Shown piece by piece: positions 1-9,550 of a DNA stretch of 43,738 bases; positions within the stretch are counted from its first letter, which is position 1; every line of letters starts with the position of its first letter. Position numbers and translations under genes: made by a program. Origin of the DNA: Patescibacteria group bacterium. GTDB taxonomy: Bacteria; Patescibacteriota; Gracilibacteria; Peribacterales; Peribacteraceae. The stretch lies in assembly GCA_043819035.1 (NCBI GenBank), contig JBDRFD010000029.1, forward strand, positions 1 to 43,738, in the 5' to 3' direction. The notes beneath the pieces were generated by a model. It saw only the letters and a list, made by a program, of their open reading frames with translations, was not told where the DNA came from and searched no databases.

Positions 1-641
1 TGCGTTTCCCAGCTGCGGGTTTGAACGCGTCCGGAAACGAATAGGCGCTGTCCTTTGTGGACAGTTTTGCTGATTTCCTCGGCAAGCTCGCCCCAAATAA
101 CAACATTGTGAAATTCGGCGCGCTCTTTGGTTTCACCGGAAGACTTATCCTTCCAGCGCTCATTGGTAGCAACGCCAATCGATAGAACTTGCTTGCCACT
201 TGTAGTTGTGCGAAGTTCCGGATCACGTGTGATGTGCCCGATTATATCTGCACGATTAACAGCGCTTAAAATCGCAGAAGCGCCCTGTGGCGCAGGAATC
301 TGTCCGTCTTTTGGATCAAGAAGAATCATATCGAGTGCAACAATTTTTGTTTTGCTGCGTTTCTCGCCGCTCTTCTCATCTTCCCAGCTGTCCGTTTGCA
401 GACGGCCGGCAAGTGAAAGTTGTGAACCGGGACGAACGTATTGCCCGGCAATGTCTGCCATAGGACCCCACAAGGTAACCGTGTGGAATCCTTTTCCTGT
501 AAGTGTTTCGTCGCTATCGGATTTGAACTGATAGGGAACGACGATATTGAGGTCCGTAACACTCGATCCACCGGGTGTTTGGCGAACTTCAACTGGTTGT
601 GTCTGATAGCCGATGATGTGTACGCGATTGAGAGAAAACAT
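1..641 (-). CDS. ssb: Single-stranded DNA-binding protein with two tandem OB folds; the C-terminal end lies beyond the window edge
   Basis: Manual minus-strand translation from ATG (641..639) is open to position 3. It reads MFSLNRVHIIGYQTQPVEVRQTPGGSSVTDLNIVV...GFHTVTLWGPMADIAGQYVRPGSQLSLAGRLQTDSWEDEKSGEKRSKTKIVA (OB1). It continues NRADIIGHITRDPELRTTTSGKQVLSIGVATNERWKDKSSGETKERAEFHNVVIWGELAEEISKTVHKGQRLFVSGRVQTRSWET (OB2). It is absent from the ORF track because no stop falls inside the window. Confidence 0.85.
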   Translation of the reverse strand, partial: MFSLNRVHIIGYQTQPVEVRQTPGGSSVTDLNIVVPYQFKSDSDETLTGKGFHTVTLWGPMADIAGQYVRPGSQLSLAGRLQTDSWEDEKSGEKRSKTKIVALDMILLDPKDGQIPAPQGASAILSAVNRADIIGHITRDPELRTTTSGKQVLSIGVATNERWKDKSSGETKERAEFHNVVIWGELAEEISKTVHKGQRLFVSGRVQTRSWET

Positions 642-838
642 GTCTCTGAAGGGGTATGGAATTAGAGGAGGTCACTGTCTTGCGCGCGTATGTGACTGTA
701 CCTTTGTACACCCCCAATGTTTTTCTAGGCAACTACTTTATATTGCATGATTTATGAATTGGTGTTCTGGTTTTATTTTATTGCTCTCTTCTAACCCCCC
801 AGAGGATACCCCATCGGTTGGGTAGTAGATGAATCTGT

Positions 839-922
839 GGGCTAAAGCCCACTTGGTTTGGTAAGCGTTAACCCCGCGCTTAAGCGCGGGGTTAACGCTT
901 CGCCTGCGATGGGCTTTAGCCC
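839..922. repeat. Nested palindrome, family C: outer arms GGGCTAAAGCCC / GGGCTTTAGCCC, inner perfect 38-bp palindrome at 863..900
   Basis: AAGCGTTAACCCCGCGCTT|AAGCGCGGGGTTAACGCTT reads identically on both strands. The outer arms at 839..850 and 911..922 are reverse complements. A related copy lies at 29334..29469. Confidence 0.85.
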
Positions 923-1055
923 CATCTGGCTGCAAAGCTTAGTAAGCAGTCATACCTGGATGTGAAGTGAAGTAAGTGTAAGTGTAAACATTTATTTGCT
1001 CCCCAACCCATACCCCCATAAACCCCTTCCTCCACGGTTTACCTCCATCCCCCAA

Positions 1056-1151
1056 CCCCTTCCTCCACAGGAGGAAGGGGAGCTTCGCTATTGGAGTATT
1101 GAGATTTGCTCTCATCTTTAACAGAGTTCCCCTCCTCCCGTGGAGGAGGGG
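1056..1151. repeat. Twin-hairpin element, family B
   Basis: Hairpin 1 is CCCCTTCCTCC-ACA-GGAGGAAGGGG (1056..1080). It is followed by AGCT, a spacer containing AACAGAGTT, and hairpin 2 CCCCTCCTCC-CGT-GGAGGAGGGG (1129..1151). The same architecture recurs at 12120..12213. Confidence 0.8.
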
Positions 1152-1291
1152 CTAGGGGTGGAGGCAATTGCAGTAGGTCAGGGGTGGAGGAAATACAAAA
1201 GAAAATCCTTACTTACTTTTCATCAAAATTTCTGTTCACAGAAGAGTATCCTGTGGCATATCAACATCAATTCACGCTACTATAGATACCA

Positions 1292-4200
1292 ATGCGCGAC
1301 TGGTCTTCCGAAAAACCACCCTTCATGGGGAGGGCATTGGGCATAATGGGGATCGCCATAGTGGCCTCACTGCTTTTTGCAGAAACCGTCTCTGCCCTCA
1401 CAATCAATCTTTTTCCGGAAAGTTTTAAAACAATTGAAAAGGTATTGGGCATAGGAGACTCCTTTGGAGATGGAACAATCCCCAAAGATCTGGAAGAAGC
1501 GCAATGCGGCGGATTTGATTACGAAGTTACAGTTGCAGATAAGATTCCAAAGGTAAAAGGACTCCCGGGGAGAGACGGCGATTACTTCGGCAATATTACT
1601 TCCGGTATGGCGGTTCGCAATGATGATGGATTCATAGCTCCCGGAGATGTGGATGTTTGTGGTTACAGAACCGCCTGCCGCCCCGATGATCCTGAATTTA
1701 GAATGGACGATGAAAGCGATGATGATACCGGCGGTGGCTCCCCCGGTGATTCTCCTGGTGATTCTCCCGGTGATACCACTGACGATGCAGATGGTGACCG
1801 TTATTTCCCACCCTTCTTCGACACTTTCCCATGTCAGCGTCCGCTCGGCGATGCCACTCCGGAAAAACCCCCTGTTCCAACCGGACGTAACGGCGAGGAA
1901 TTCCCTTTCACCTGCGGTGGAGCCGAAATGCCTGCAGACGGACATGTGTGCAAAGCGGAATATGATTCCAACACAGCACTCAACGGTGGCCTATGCGGAT
2001 GGCTTAACAACCGGTGGCTCTATGGATACTATCAAAAAACGGTCCCCGTTGATTATGAGTGCAATGATAACCGAGACCCGGACGGTGATGGATCACAACT
2101 TATTGGAAAAACCCTCTGCATGGTCACACTTTATTCTGGGAGTACACAATGCCGCTTTGTTACAAAAGAGGATGCTGCGCTGGGCTTCAATGAGAGGGTG
2201 AGAAAAAGAGACGAGCTGAACAACTCACAACCTGATGATCCCGGATTGAACAACAGCCAATATAAATTAGACTGGGAAGCCGAACGGCAGTGCTGCACTT
2301 ACCAGAACACCAATGGTAGAATTTACGGGCCTGATGGGGCATACGACACATCCGGTGACGATTCTTCGACAATGGGCCTCATCAGAAACTGCATACCGTG
2401 CGAAGGGAGCGATTGCAGATATATACCGGGGGAATCTCCAAAGCCGCGATGGCAATACTATCCTCCGTGGGCCATTGAGGTTGATAGGAGAGGGCCGTGT
2501 TTCTACTGTGTAAATATAGAAGATTCTACGGAAGAAGTATCTTGCGATGCCGCCAATGCCAGCGAGCCAATTTACCCCTGCGAGAATTTGGTCAGTTACG
2601 AATCAGAAAGCGGACTGACTTATTCGGCAAGAGAGCGCGGACAAAAGAGATACCGCTCATACTTCCGCCACTACACAGGCTCCTACTCGCGCGCAAAAGT
2701 CCCTTTTACAGACTATGAAGGAAAAAAGCATCTTAACGAAGAACCCAAGAAGTACGTTACGGATGACAGTTCAAAATCCAAAATCCCCGTCTCCTGCTAC
2801 CGGATGTACAAGGAGGCGGACTACAGGACGCAGGTTGCGAAGCCCAATCAAAAAGCATGTGTGATTGCCGCGTACTACGGCGAGCCCGATCGCAACTTCT
2901 GGGAAATGGGCCGACGAGCCACTGTGAAGAGAGGCCCGAAACCGCTCAAAATACGAGGTACACAGGAGGGCAAGGGTGAGTACAACTGGGAGTTCCTGGA
3001 CATCCCGGCTCTTATCCGCGATACAACTTTTGATGAAGAAAAAGATCTTTGGTATTCGGGTATCGGCAATGCTTTTTCTCTGACGAATGGAAAAGTGATG
3101 GAAGAGAGATACAACAATGACCTCACAATGGTGCTGCTGCAGCCTTCGGATTCCGCGCATCTGGAAGCCGGCATTCAGCTCTATTACACCGAAGAAGATG
3201 AAGAGAACGAAGAGAAGCAAAAAGTGGCGCTCTCGTCCGGCGCGCTGATGCGGGCGTTTGATGATACCGTGCATGCGGAATATGTTTATGTCCCGGGTAT
3301 GGAATGGTATCCGGACCAAAGAACAATTGCAGAATGGTGGCAGCGGCAGGAAACGATGGCGAATCTGCTCTTTAAGCCTCCTGCCATTCATCTTTTACTC
3401 CCACCTGCCTGGTCTGTAGGCCTCGACCCGCTTGATCCCCTCTTCACCCCGGAGATTATTGAAAGTCAGAACCTTTCCAAAGACCCGCGCATGCAAGTGC
3501 TGGACGTGCAACTGGAAGCAAATGAAGATTTGATTGATGTGGTGAAAGCATTTTTGCAGAAGACGCTCACGCCGCAGTTGGAAGAAGAACTCATCCCTAT
3601 CCTTGTCCCGCTCGGATCACCCACGGAATTCCGTGCGCTGGCGGAAAAGTGGAATGCTTGGGCCATCGCGCAGAAGAAGCGCGGTGGGTCCGGAGCGGAT
3701 GAAGCTATCGAACTGGCTGCAAAGCTGGAACAGTACGCACGACATATCGAAGAGGTGCGCAAACTGCGCGGCGAGCTCGTGTGGTTCCATACAAAACTTC
3801 TGGAACACCAAACGGTAATTACCGAGACAATCGGCGCATGGCTGAATGAAGATGTTACCGCTAAGTATGACGAGTTTCGCGACCTTTACGCGCAGCTTGA
3901 GCCGCTCAGGGCAACCTGGCAACAAACGCAATCAACCTACAGAAAAATGCACGACCAATCTTCCATGCCCTGGTGCCACAATGAGCGGTTCACCGTGCCT
4001 ATTTATTCTCTGCTGGATGAATGGATGACAAGTCGCACCGAGGGCAGTGTTGACCTTACGGGTGGAAAGTGGAGAAAGGCGCAAAATTCTGTGGGAGATC
4101 TTGCATCCCTTGTCGTCCCGCGCATGATCGACGGCGTCTTTGACTTTACGGCGCTGCGAGCCGCATCCGGATCACTTGAGGTTCCGGTGCTTGATCCCAT

Positions 4201-5011
4201 TCAGGTTCGCCTCGCTATGGAAGTGATGGAGCCCCCGACAATTTACGAGGAAGGCGTAAAAGTGCCCGTCCTTCCGGATCTTCCTCCCATCCCTTCAGTC
4301 AGAAAACTCATTGGAAGCTCTACGACTCCCGGCAGTAATATTTATCCCAACATCAGCGTGGGAATACCTCCTCCTTCAATTGAATTTGAAATTTGGAGTG
4401 AGAGCGAAGTTAGCGCATTCCATGACATCCTCAATTCCATTAGCACGGTAATAACGGGAATGCAGGAGGAATACGAATTGTTCTGGAACAGCCAGAATAT
4501 GTTCAGTTACGATAATCCGCCCAAGGCGCTCACAGAACTCGATTGCTACGGCAGACACTCGGATACCTGTGTGCATACCGAATGGGATCTTCTGGAACGA
4601 CTGATGCGTTTTGGAACAAGGCCTGCGGTGCTGCTTTTGGAAGACTTCCTCTCCATCGGAAGATTCCGGGAAAATCCCGCTGATGTGGGGTACGGCATTG
4701 AATCGTGCCCCGACCGGGATTGGGCATGCCAGCTTTTGCATGGATCCGAAACACATTCCTATGAAGGATGGGATGTGAACTGGAAGGAAGGTGAGATGCC
4801 TGATCTTGGAAAATCTCTCTGCTTGGGGGCAAAGGGGACACTCGCCGATCAGCTGCGTTTCTGCATGTTCCAGGAAACACTCGTCAATATCGGTGGCGAG
4901 AATGCCTACCCTTACGCAGCCGAGCGTGAAAATATTATTCCCTCTTTCCATGTACCGGATGACACGTCCATTCTTCATGAAGTTGAACCTTCAGAGGAAG
5001 AGGAGCCTTAA
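1292..5011 (+). CDS. Very large (about 1239 aa) Cys-rich protein with an N-terminal hydrophobic signal/anchor; gene 1 of a five-gene operon; no recognised family
   Basis: A 3.7-kb ORF is far too long to be open by chance. The N-terminus reads MGRALGIMGIAIVASLLFAETVSA (alternative start 1325). It contains an acidic SPGDSPGDSPGD repeat, a DNRDPDGDG motif (Ca-binding-like) and many Cys pairs (CIPCEGSDC, CFYC). Confidence 0.8.
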   Translation: MRDWSSEKPPFMGRALGIMGIAIVASLLFAETVSALTINLFPESFKTIEKVLGIGDSFGDGTIPKDLEEAQCGGFDYEVTVADKIPKVKGLPGRDGDYFGNITSGMAVRNDDGFIAPGDVDVCGYRTACRPDDPEFRMDDESDDDTGGGSPGDSPGDSPGDTTDDADGDRYFPPFFDTFPCQRPLGDATPEKPPVPTGRNGEEFPFTCGGAEMPADGHVCKAEYDSNTALNGGLCGWLNNRWLYGYYQKTVPVDYECNDNRDPDGDGSQLIGKTLCMVTLYSGSTQCRFVTKEDAALGFNERVRKRDELNNSQPDDPGLNNSQYKLDWEAERQCCTYQNTNGRIYGPDGAYDTSGDDSSTMGLIRNCIPCEGSDCRYIPGESPKPRWQYYPPWAIEVDRRGPCFYCVNIEDSTEEVSCDAANASEPIYPCENLVSYESESGLTYSARERGQKRYRSYFRHYTGSYSRAKVPFTDYEGKKHLNEEPKKYVTDDSSKSKIPVSCYRMYKEADYRTQVAKPNQKACVIAAYYGEPDRNFWEMGRRATVKRGPKPLKIRGTQEGKGEYNWEFLDIPALIRDTTFDEEKDLWYSGIGNAFSLTNGKVMEERYNNDLTMVLLQPSDSAHLEAGIQLYYTEEDEENEEKQKVALSSGALMRAFDDTVHAEYVYVPGMEWYPDQRTIAEWWQRQETMANLLFKPPAIHLLLPPAWSVGLDPLDPLFTPEIIESQNLSKDPRMQVLDVQLEANEDLIDVVKAFLQKTLTPQLEEELIPILVPLGSPTEFRALAEKWNAWAIAQKKRGGSGADEAIELAAKLEQYARHIEEVRKLRGELVWFHTKLLEHQTVITETIGAWLNEDVTAKYDEFRDLYAQLEPLRATWQQTQSTYRKMHDQSSMPWCHNERFTVPIYSLLDEWMTSRTEGSVDLTGGKWRKAQNSVGDLASLVVPRMIDGVFDFTALRAASGSLEVPVLDPIQVRLAMEVMEPPTIYEEGVKVPVLPDLPPIPSVRKLIGSSTTPGSNIYPNISVGIPPPSIEFEIWSESEVSAFHDILNSISTVITGMQEEYELFWNSQNMFSYDNPPKALTELDCYGRHSDTCVHTEWDLLERLMRFGTRPAVLLLEDFLSIGRFRENPADVGYGIESCPDRDWACQLLHGSETHSYEGWDVNWKEGEMPDLGKSLCLGAKGTLADQLRFCMFQETLVNIGGENAYPYAAERENIIPSFHVPDDTSILHEVEPSEEEEP

Positions 5012-5018
5012 TCTACCC

Positions 5019-5972
5019 ATGCATTCCAAACTTATATCTTTCGGCATACTTATCACCCTCTTGCTCCTTCCCGCAGGCGGAAGGTCAGCGGATGATTCTC
5101 CTCTCCCATCAGCCGATCTTTGCCGCGCGGCAATCGATCAGGCTCTCGCCAAAGAGCAGCGTATTTATCGCACTGTTCTCTTCGGACGAAAAGAGGCAAA
5201 AGATGCCCCCGTAGGAGAAGTGCGTTTCGACAAACAGGGAAGGGCGTTTTACAAAAGAGACAAGTACATGTGGGTTCATGCAAGTAACGATGGGAATGTA
5301 TTCTATATCAATGCGATGATGGACAATGAGGCCGAGCTCGATAGCGTCCCTGTGGATCAGGGCGGAGCCGAATTGAGTAAAGATACATTGCCTCGCCGCG
5401 GCATTCTGGACACCAAACGCACAATGACTTCGGAGCTGATCCCCTATCTCGCACAGGCGTTCCGTGCATTTACCTGCAGAGTGGATATGGTGTGCGATCG
5501 TATCGAGAAATCGATGAATCAAGAGGGGAATTCTGAATCAGTAGAGATTCCTATTCGTGTAAATGGATGCATCCGTGTGGACAGTGAGGAATGGAATTCG
5601 ATTCCGGTGTGCCACTTTACAGGAGAGGGGGGCGCCGCCTATAAAGACATGGCGGATGTCACTCAGTATTGCCAGAAAGTGGGTGACGGACTCGTGCAGA
5701 GGGAAAATGAAATTCTCAAAATGTTGGTGGAGTACGACGCGGCGTACCGGTCACTCCTCCAATTCGCAGGCGTCTTCGATGAGTTTCTGCAGGAATTCAG
5801 GTGGACCATCACCGGGAGCATCCGCAAGGCGGCATCAATCATAGGATCACTCGGACGCATTCCGTGCTTTATCTCAAGCTGTGATGAACATCCCCCTCCA
5901 ACCACCGAACTCGATTATTTCATCGGGCAGCCGAGTCCAATCTATGTCCCGGACTATAGCCCGGGCGATTGA
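5019..5972 (+). CDS. Secreted/anchored hypothetical protein (317 aa), operon gene 2
   Basis: ATG at 5019 lies 7 nt after the gene 1 stop. The N-terminus MHSKLISFGILITLLLLPAGGRSADD is signal-peptide-like. The ORF-track start at 4791 overlaps gene 1 and is probably spurious. Confidence 0.7.
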   Translation: MHSKLISFGILITLLLLPAGGRSADDSPLPSADLCRAAIDQALAKEQRIYRTVLFGRKEAKDAPVGEVRFDKQGRAFYKRDKYMWVHASNDGNVFYINAMMDNEAELDSVPVDQGGAELSKDTLPRRGILDTKRTMTSELIPYLAQAFRAFTCRVDMVCDRIEKSMNQEGNSESVEIPIRVNGCIRVDSEEWNSIPVCHFTGEGGAAYKDMADVTQYCQKVGDGLVQRENEILKMLVEYDAAYRSLLQFAGVFDEFLQEFRWTITGSIRKAASIIGSLGRIPCFISSCDEHPPPTTELDYFIGQPSPIYVPDYSPGD

Positions 5973-5983
5973 TACGAAATCGA

Positions 5984-6949
5984 ATGGTAAAAAGATCTTC
6001 CGATACCCGGCCCCAAAAGAACCTCGACTCAAAGAGGGAGAATGGCACTATACCCATGTTTGTCCTCGCGCTTCTCCTGATTTTTATAGGAGCTCAAACA
6101 GCCCCGGCTGCATACGGAAACATTCCCAAGCGTTTTCCCGTACTCGCAGCATGCACGCGTTACGAATATAACATCTTTAAGGGTACCGACTTTAATAAAT
6201 ACAAATTTCCGGAAGTCACAACCGTGAGCGACGTCTCGCGTTGGACCAAGCAATATCATGAGACAGTCAGCGAAGTGGTGGATGAAGTCTTCAATGGCCC
6301 TCCGGGGCCTCCCATTTGCACCGCACCTTCGTATGAAGGACTCCTTCCTCTTTCCGCAAGCCCGAAGCTGGGCGAACTTGCATCCTCGCTTCCATCCTGG
6401 AATTCACTCACGTGGCAAGTGCCGCCTGCCGGCACGGATCCCGAAGATTTCGATGCGGATCCTGATCTTATGAACACAAATGCGGGGAAATTAAGCCAGC
6501 TGGATGTTGGAACCGTACTGCTCGAATACCTGCGCATGTACGAATGCGCGCTCGTGGAACGCAGCCTCTTCCTGATCAAAGACACCTATGACCAAGAGAA
6601 GGACCGCGATAAGAGAATGGAGAACCTCAAAACAGAAGTCTCGGGTGATGTCTTGGAATCGCTCCTGATATTTCTGAAGGGGAGACCTCTCAACTGGCCT
6701 ATGTACTTGAATTTTTTTGTTGGAGATCGCCAGATCATCTTGAGCGAACTGACACAAGCGCGGCGTTCGCTTAATCGAACTCTCGCATTCCTTGCCGGTT
6801 TCAATCGTATGAGACCGATAGACATAGAGCTTAAGTGTCTTCAGCAGGCATCGCTTGATGTTCGAAACGGCTTGGCGCTCGCTGCCGACGCAAGCTCCTG
6901 CCTGCCGCGCATTTGGAACATCAAAGATGTTCTGCGCGACTACAAGTAA
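5984..6949 (+). CDS. Membrane-anchored or secreted hypothetical protein, operon gene 3
   Basis: ATG at 5984 lies 11 nt after the gene 2 stop. The track start at 5969 is a TTG. The hydrophobic segment is MFVLALLLIFIGAQTAPAAYG, so 6056 is an alternative start. Confidence 0.65.
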   Translation: MVKRSSDTRPQKNLDSKRENGTIPMFVLALLLIFIGAQTAPAAYGNIPKRFPVLAACTRYEYNIFKGTDFNKYKFPEVTTVSDVSRWTKQYHETVSEVVDEVFNGPPGPPICTAPSYEGLLPLSASPKLGELASSLPSWNSLTWQVPPAGTDPEDFDADPDLMNTNAGKLSQLDVGTVLLEYLRMYECALVERSLFLIKDTYDQEKDRDKRMENLKTEVSGDVLESLLIFLKGRPLNWPMYLNFFVGDRQIILSELTQARRSLNRTLAFLAGFNRMRPIDIELKCLQQASLDVRNGLALAADASSCLPRIWNIKDVLRDYK

Positions 6950-6954
6950 TCCCC

Positions 6955-9549
6955 ATGAAGAAGTTCTTCCATCTCTCTCTCGGCATACTCGCTCTCTCTG
7001 CCCTCTTCATACCGGATGGAGCCTCCGCGGGCATCTACGGGTGGGCGCGCGCGCTAACCAATTTTGAGTATAAAGGAATTGACGGGCCGATCTCCGGTTT
7101 CATCACGCACAAGCAGGTGTTCAACCGGTCGGATACGGACCCGTTCTCCGGTGCGGATGTGAATGATGCCATGGAATACAGCACCGACAACATCTGCAGG
7201 AGGAGGCGGGATATTAAAGGGGCATTAAGTTGCGATGCAATCGCGCAACCTGTGCGTGATATCGCGCGACGTGAAGAGCTGGTGCGCACATTGGAGCGCG
7301 ATCTTCAGGCAATCGCACTGGGGTATGAGCTCCCCATCACCGATCACTCCATCGAGCCAATGTCGTTGGCGCCGCGAATGCCAAGCATTATCCGAATCTG
7401 GCAATCCAGCTCAGACTGGATCTACTCGCCTGTAACCGAACGACGTGTTCGCTCTCAGTCATTCCCGACCAAAGAAGAAGACCCCGTACTATATGACTTG
7501 GTTATGGGCAAAAAAGATGGGGATGGCAATATCATAAAACCCGGCATCAAGCAGCTCGCCGGTGAAGGCATGGCGCGGCGCTATAGGTGGGGACTCTTCA
7601 CGGTCAAAAGGGAGGACCCGCAGTTGGAAAATTGCAGCAAATGGTACGAATGCAAAGATTGGCTGAGTTGCTGGGAAAAACAGGACAACGATACGGAGCT
7701 TAAGCCGCTTTTTGTTCGCGGGTGCAGTACGATCCCGGAGGCAAGCCTGGAAGACATGCTTCAAAAAGTTCTAGACCATTTGCATGCGACGATCGTTTTC
7801 GACCCGCCGCTCCAAAATGGAGAAATTGTGATTTTTCCGCCATGGGAATTAAATGAAGATACCTTCATGTGGGTGCACATGAACTATGCGAGGAAAAGGG
7901 ACGATATCGGTCTGGGGGACAAGCTCCCTCTGGAACCGATGATGCTTAAGCTTGATTGCGACTGGGAGAATGATGAGTATGGAACTCCCGCATGTGTCCC
8001 GGGGATTGTCGGAGACACCTGTTTAAGCGGAGGCGACCCTGACACGTGTAAAAAGGGAATAATTCTGGGCGGCATGTACTTGGATCCGCCACGGGAACCT
8101 CCGATGACAGAAAAGGTATGCACCATGCCATTCTCTTCACACGGATACCTCTGCAAAGAAATTGATCAGATGCGTTGCCCTCCGCAGGAGCCGGAGGAAG
8201 GCGAAAAGGCTCCTTCGGATGAAGGAATTGTTCTCACTCGTTGCGATCCCGATAATCTCACCGGTGTCACATGGCAGATGGAGTCCGGACCCGATGCCTG
8301 CCGCATTGGAGGATGGCGATTCAATCCCGTCGGGTACAAAAATGATGAAGGTATCATTGAACCGGTTAAGGACACTCCTAAGAGGGATAAAGAAATTAAT
8401 CGCCCCTTCAACTGCAGCAACTGCGCTGTGGATCTGTTCTGCAGCGGACAGGGTGGCACATGTGTAGGAGGAGCATATACACTCTCGAAAAATGATAATG
8501 ACGTATTTGGGATTTGTCTCCCGGAAACTACCCCCATCAATTCGTACTTCCTTTTGCATGAGTTGGTACATGCACAACAATTCTGCAATCTACCACCGGA
8601 AGCAATGAGGGAAATGACAAGTACTCCGGAGCGGTGCTGCGCGGTGGAACAACCGGCATACTTCACCCAATGTGCAGCTGTGGCAGAAGATGGCCACTTT
8701 GAAGACACAGATCTCACTGTAGAAGTATGCACAAGTGCTTTTGCCAATCTCTCATGCCTTAAATCAATGTCACCGGGAAGTGGAGGGCTCCCTTGTACGG
8801 GAAATTATTACACTATCGATGAATTGATCGACATCACTAAAAGGGTTAATAAGGCAGCCGATAAGAATTTAGCTGGTCTTCCAGAAACGTGCGAAGACGT
8901 CATAAATTATATGGATCCGCGCGCAAAAATGTTTATAAACTCGCTCCCGCTTGTATGCTCAGCGGAATGCCAATCCGAATATCAGAACACAATCGGAAAT
9001 AACGCCTGTTATATCGCACAGTGCACCGAAGAATCACTGGAAACGCAGAGGTTGTACCCTGGGCGTATGAACTTTGTAACGCAGGATGAAGCTTTCCCGT
9101 GGGAATCGGATATCAAACCCGATCCTCTGATCGGTTCTGTGATGCCGATTCCCCCATTACCCCTCACACGATTCCCCTCCTATCGCCCCGAACTCTTTGT
9201 GAAGGATCTGGATCTGGCGCTCTGCCAATTGGCCGGACTTCCTATCAGTCAGCCTCCGCATCGCTGCGCCTTCCATGCGCTTCGGCAGTTGGCGTTACTC
9301 CCTTCAAATCCGTCTTTGCTTGGTTATGGCTTTGTAACCCAGACATCAGAGGGGCAGGAAGAAGCGTGGGGTTTGCAATCTTTGGCACCCAGCATCGGCG
9401 TGCGATTGGGAACAGACCTCTACATTCAGTATTTCCGGCGTGCGGGAAAAGCATTCTGGGAGCTGGTGCGCGGCGCGAACGAACTCATCGGCGGAATCGC
9501 CACACTGGAATTCCCCGCGGACTCCTGCCCCCGATACAACCCTCAGTAG
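6955..9549 (+). CDS. Large secreted Cys-rich protein (864 aa) with a single HExxH motif, operon gene 4
   Basis: ATG at 6955 lies 5 nt after the gene 3 stop. The signal peptide is MKKFFHLSLGILALSALFIPDGASA. HELVH is encoded at 8557..8571. Cys clusters include CSNCAVDLFCSGQGGTC. Confidence 0.8.
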   Translation: MKKFFHLSLGILALSALFIPDGASAGIYGWARALTNFEYKGIDGPISGFITHKQVFNRSDTDPFSGADVNDAMEYSTDNICRRRRDIKGALSCDAIAQPVRDIARREELVRTLERDLQAIALGYELPITDHSIEPMSLAPRMPSIIRIWQSSSDWIYSPVTERRVRSQSFPTKEEDPVLYDLVMGKKDGDGNIIKPGIKQLAGEGMARRYRWGLFTVKREDPQLENCSKWYECKDWLSCWEKQDNDTELKPLFVRGCSTIPEASLEDMLQKVLDHLHATIVFDPPLQNGEIVIFPPWELNEDTFMWVHMNYARKRDDIGLGDKLPLEPMMLKLDCDWENDEYGTPACVPGIVGDTCLSGGDPDTCKKGIILGGMYLDPPREPPMTEKVCTMPFSSHGYLCKEIDQMRCPPQEPEEGEKAPSDEGIVLTRCDPDNLTGVTWQMESGPDACRIGGWRFNPVGYKNDEGIIEPVKDTPKRDKEINRPFNCSNCAVDLFCSGQGGTCVGGAYTLSKNDNDVFGICLPETTPINSYFLLHELVHAQQFCNLPPEAMREMTSTPERCCAVEQPAYFTQCAAVAEDGHFEDTDLTVEVCTSAFANLSCLKSMSPGSGGLPCTGNYYTIDELIDITKRVNKAADKNLAGLPETCEDVINYMDPRAKMFINSLPLVCSAECQSEYQNTIGNNACYIAQCTEESLETQRLYPGRMNFVTQDEAFPWESDIKPDPLIGSVMPIPPLPLTRFPSYRPELFVKDLDLALCQLAGLPISQPPHRCAFHALRQLALLPSNPSLLGYGFVTQTSEGQEEAWGLQSLAPSIGVRLGTDLYIQYFRRAGKAFWELVRGANELIGGIATLEFPADSCPRYNPQ

Positions 9550-9550
9550 C

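Noticed and set aside
127-592. ORF-track entries 127..531 (+) and 326..592 (-)
   Set aside because: Both overlap the open-ended minus-strand ssb frame, which has clear SSB motifs. The alternatives translate to Arg/Ser/Cys-rich sequence with no resemblance to real proteins.
1367-8747. Long antisense or alternative-frame ORFs inside the operon genes (for example 1367..1945, 2771..3391, 4376..4978, 8137..8747)
   Set aside because: They are shadow ORFs within much longer sense ORFs. Their translations are R/S/C/F-rich, none has its own start context, and none is independent of the host frame.
4791-9550. Upstream-extended starts given by the ORF track (4791, 5969, 6913, 9440)
   Set aside because: Each extension overlaps the preceding gene. 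An internal ATG placed 1-11 nt after the upstream stop yields a canonical signal peptide, so I used 5019, 5984, 6955 and 9551.
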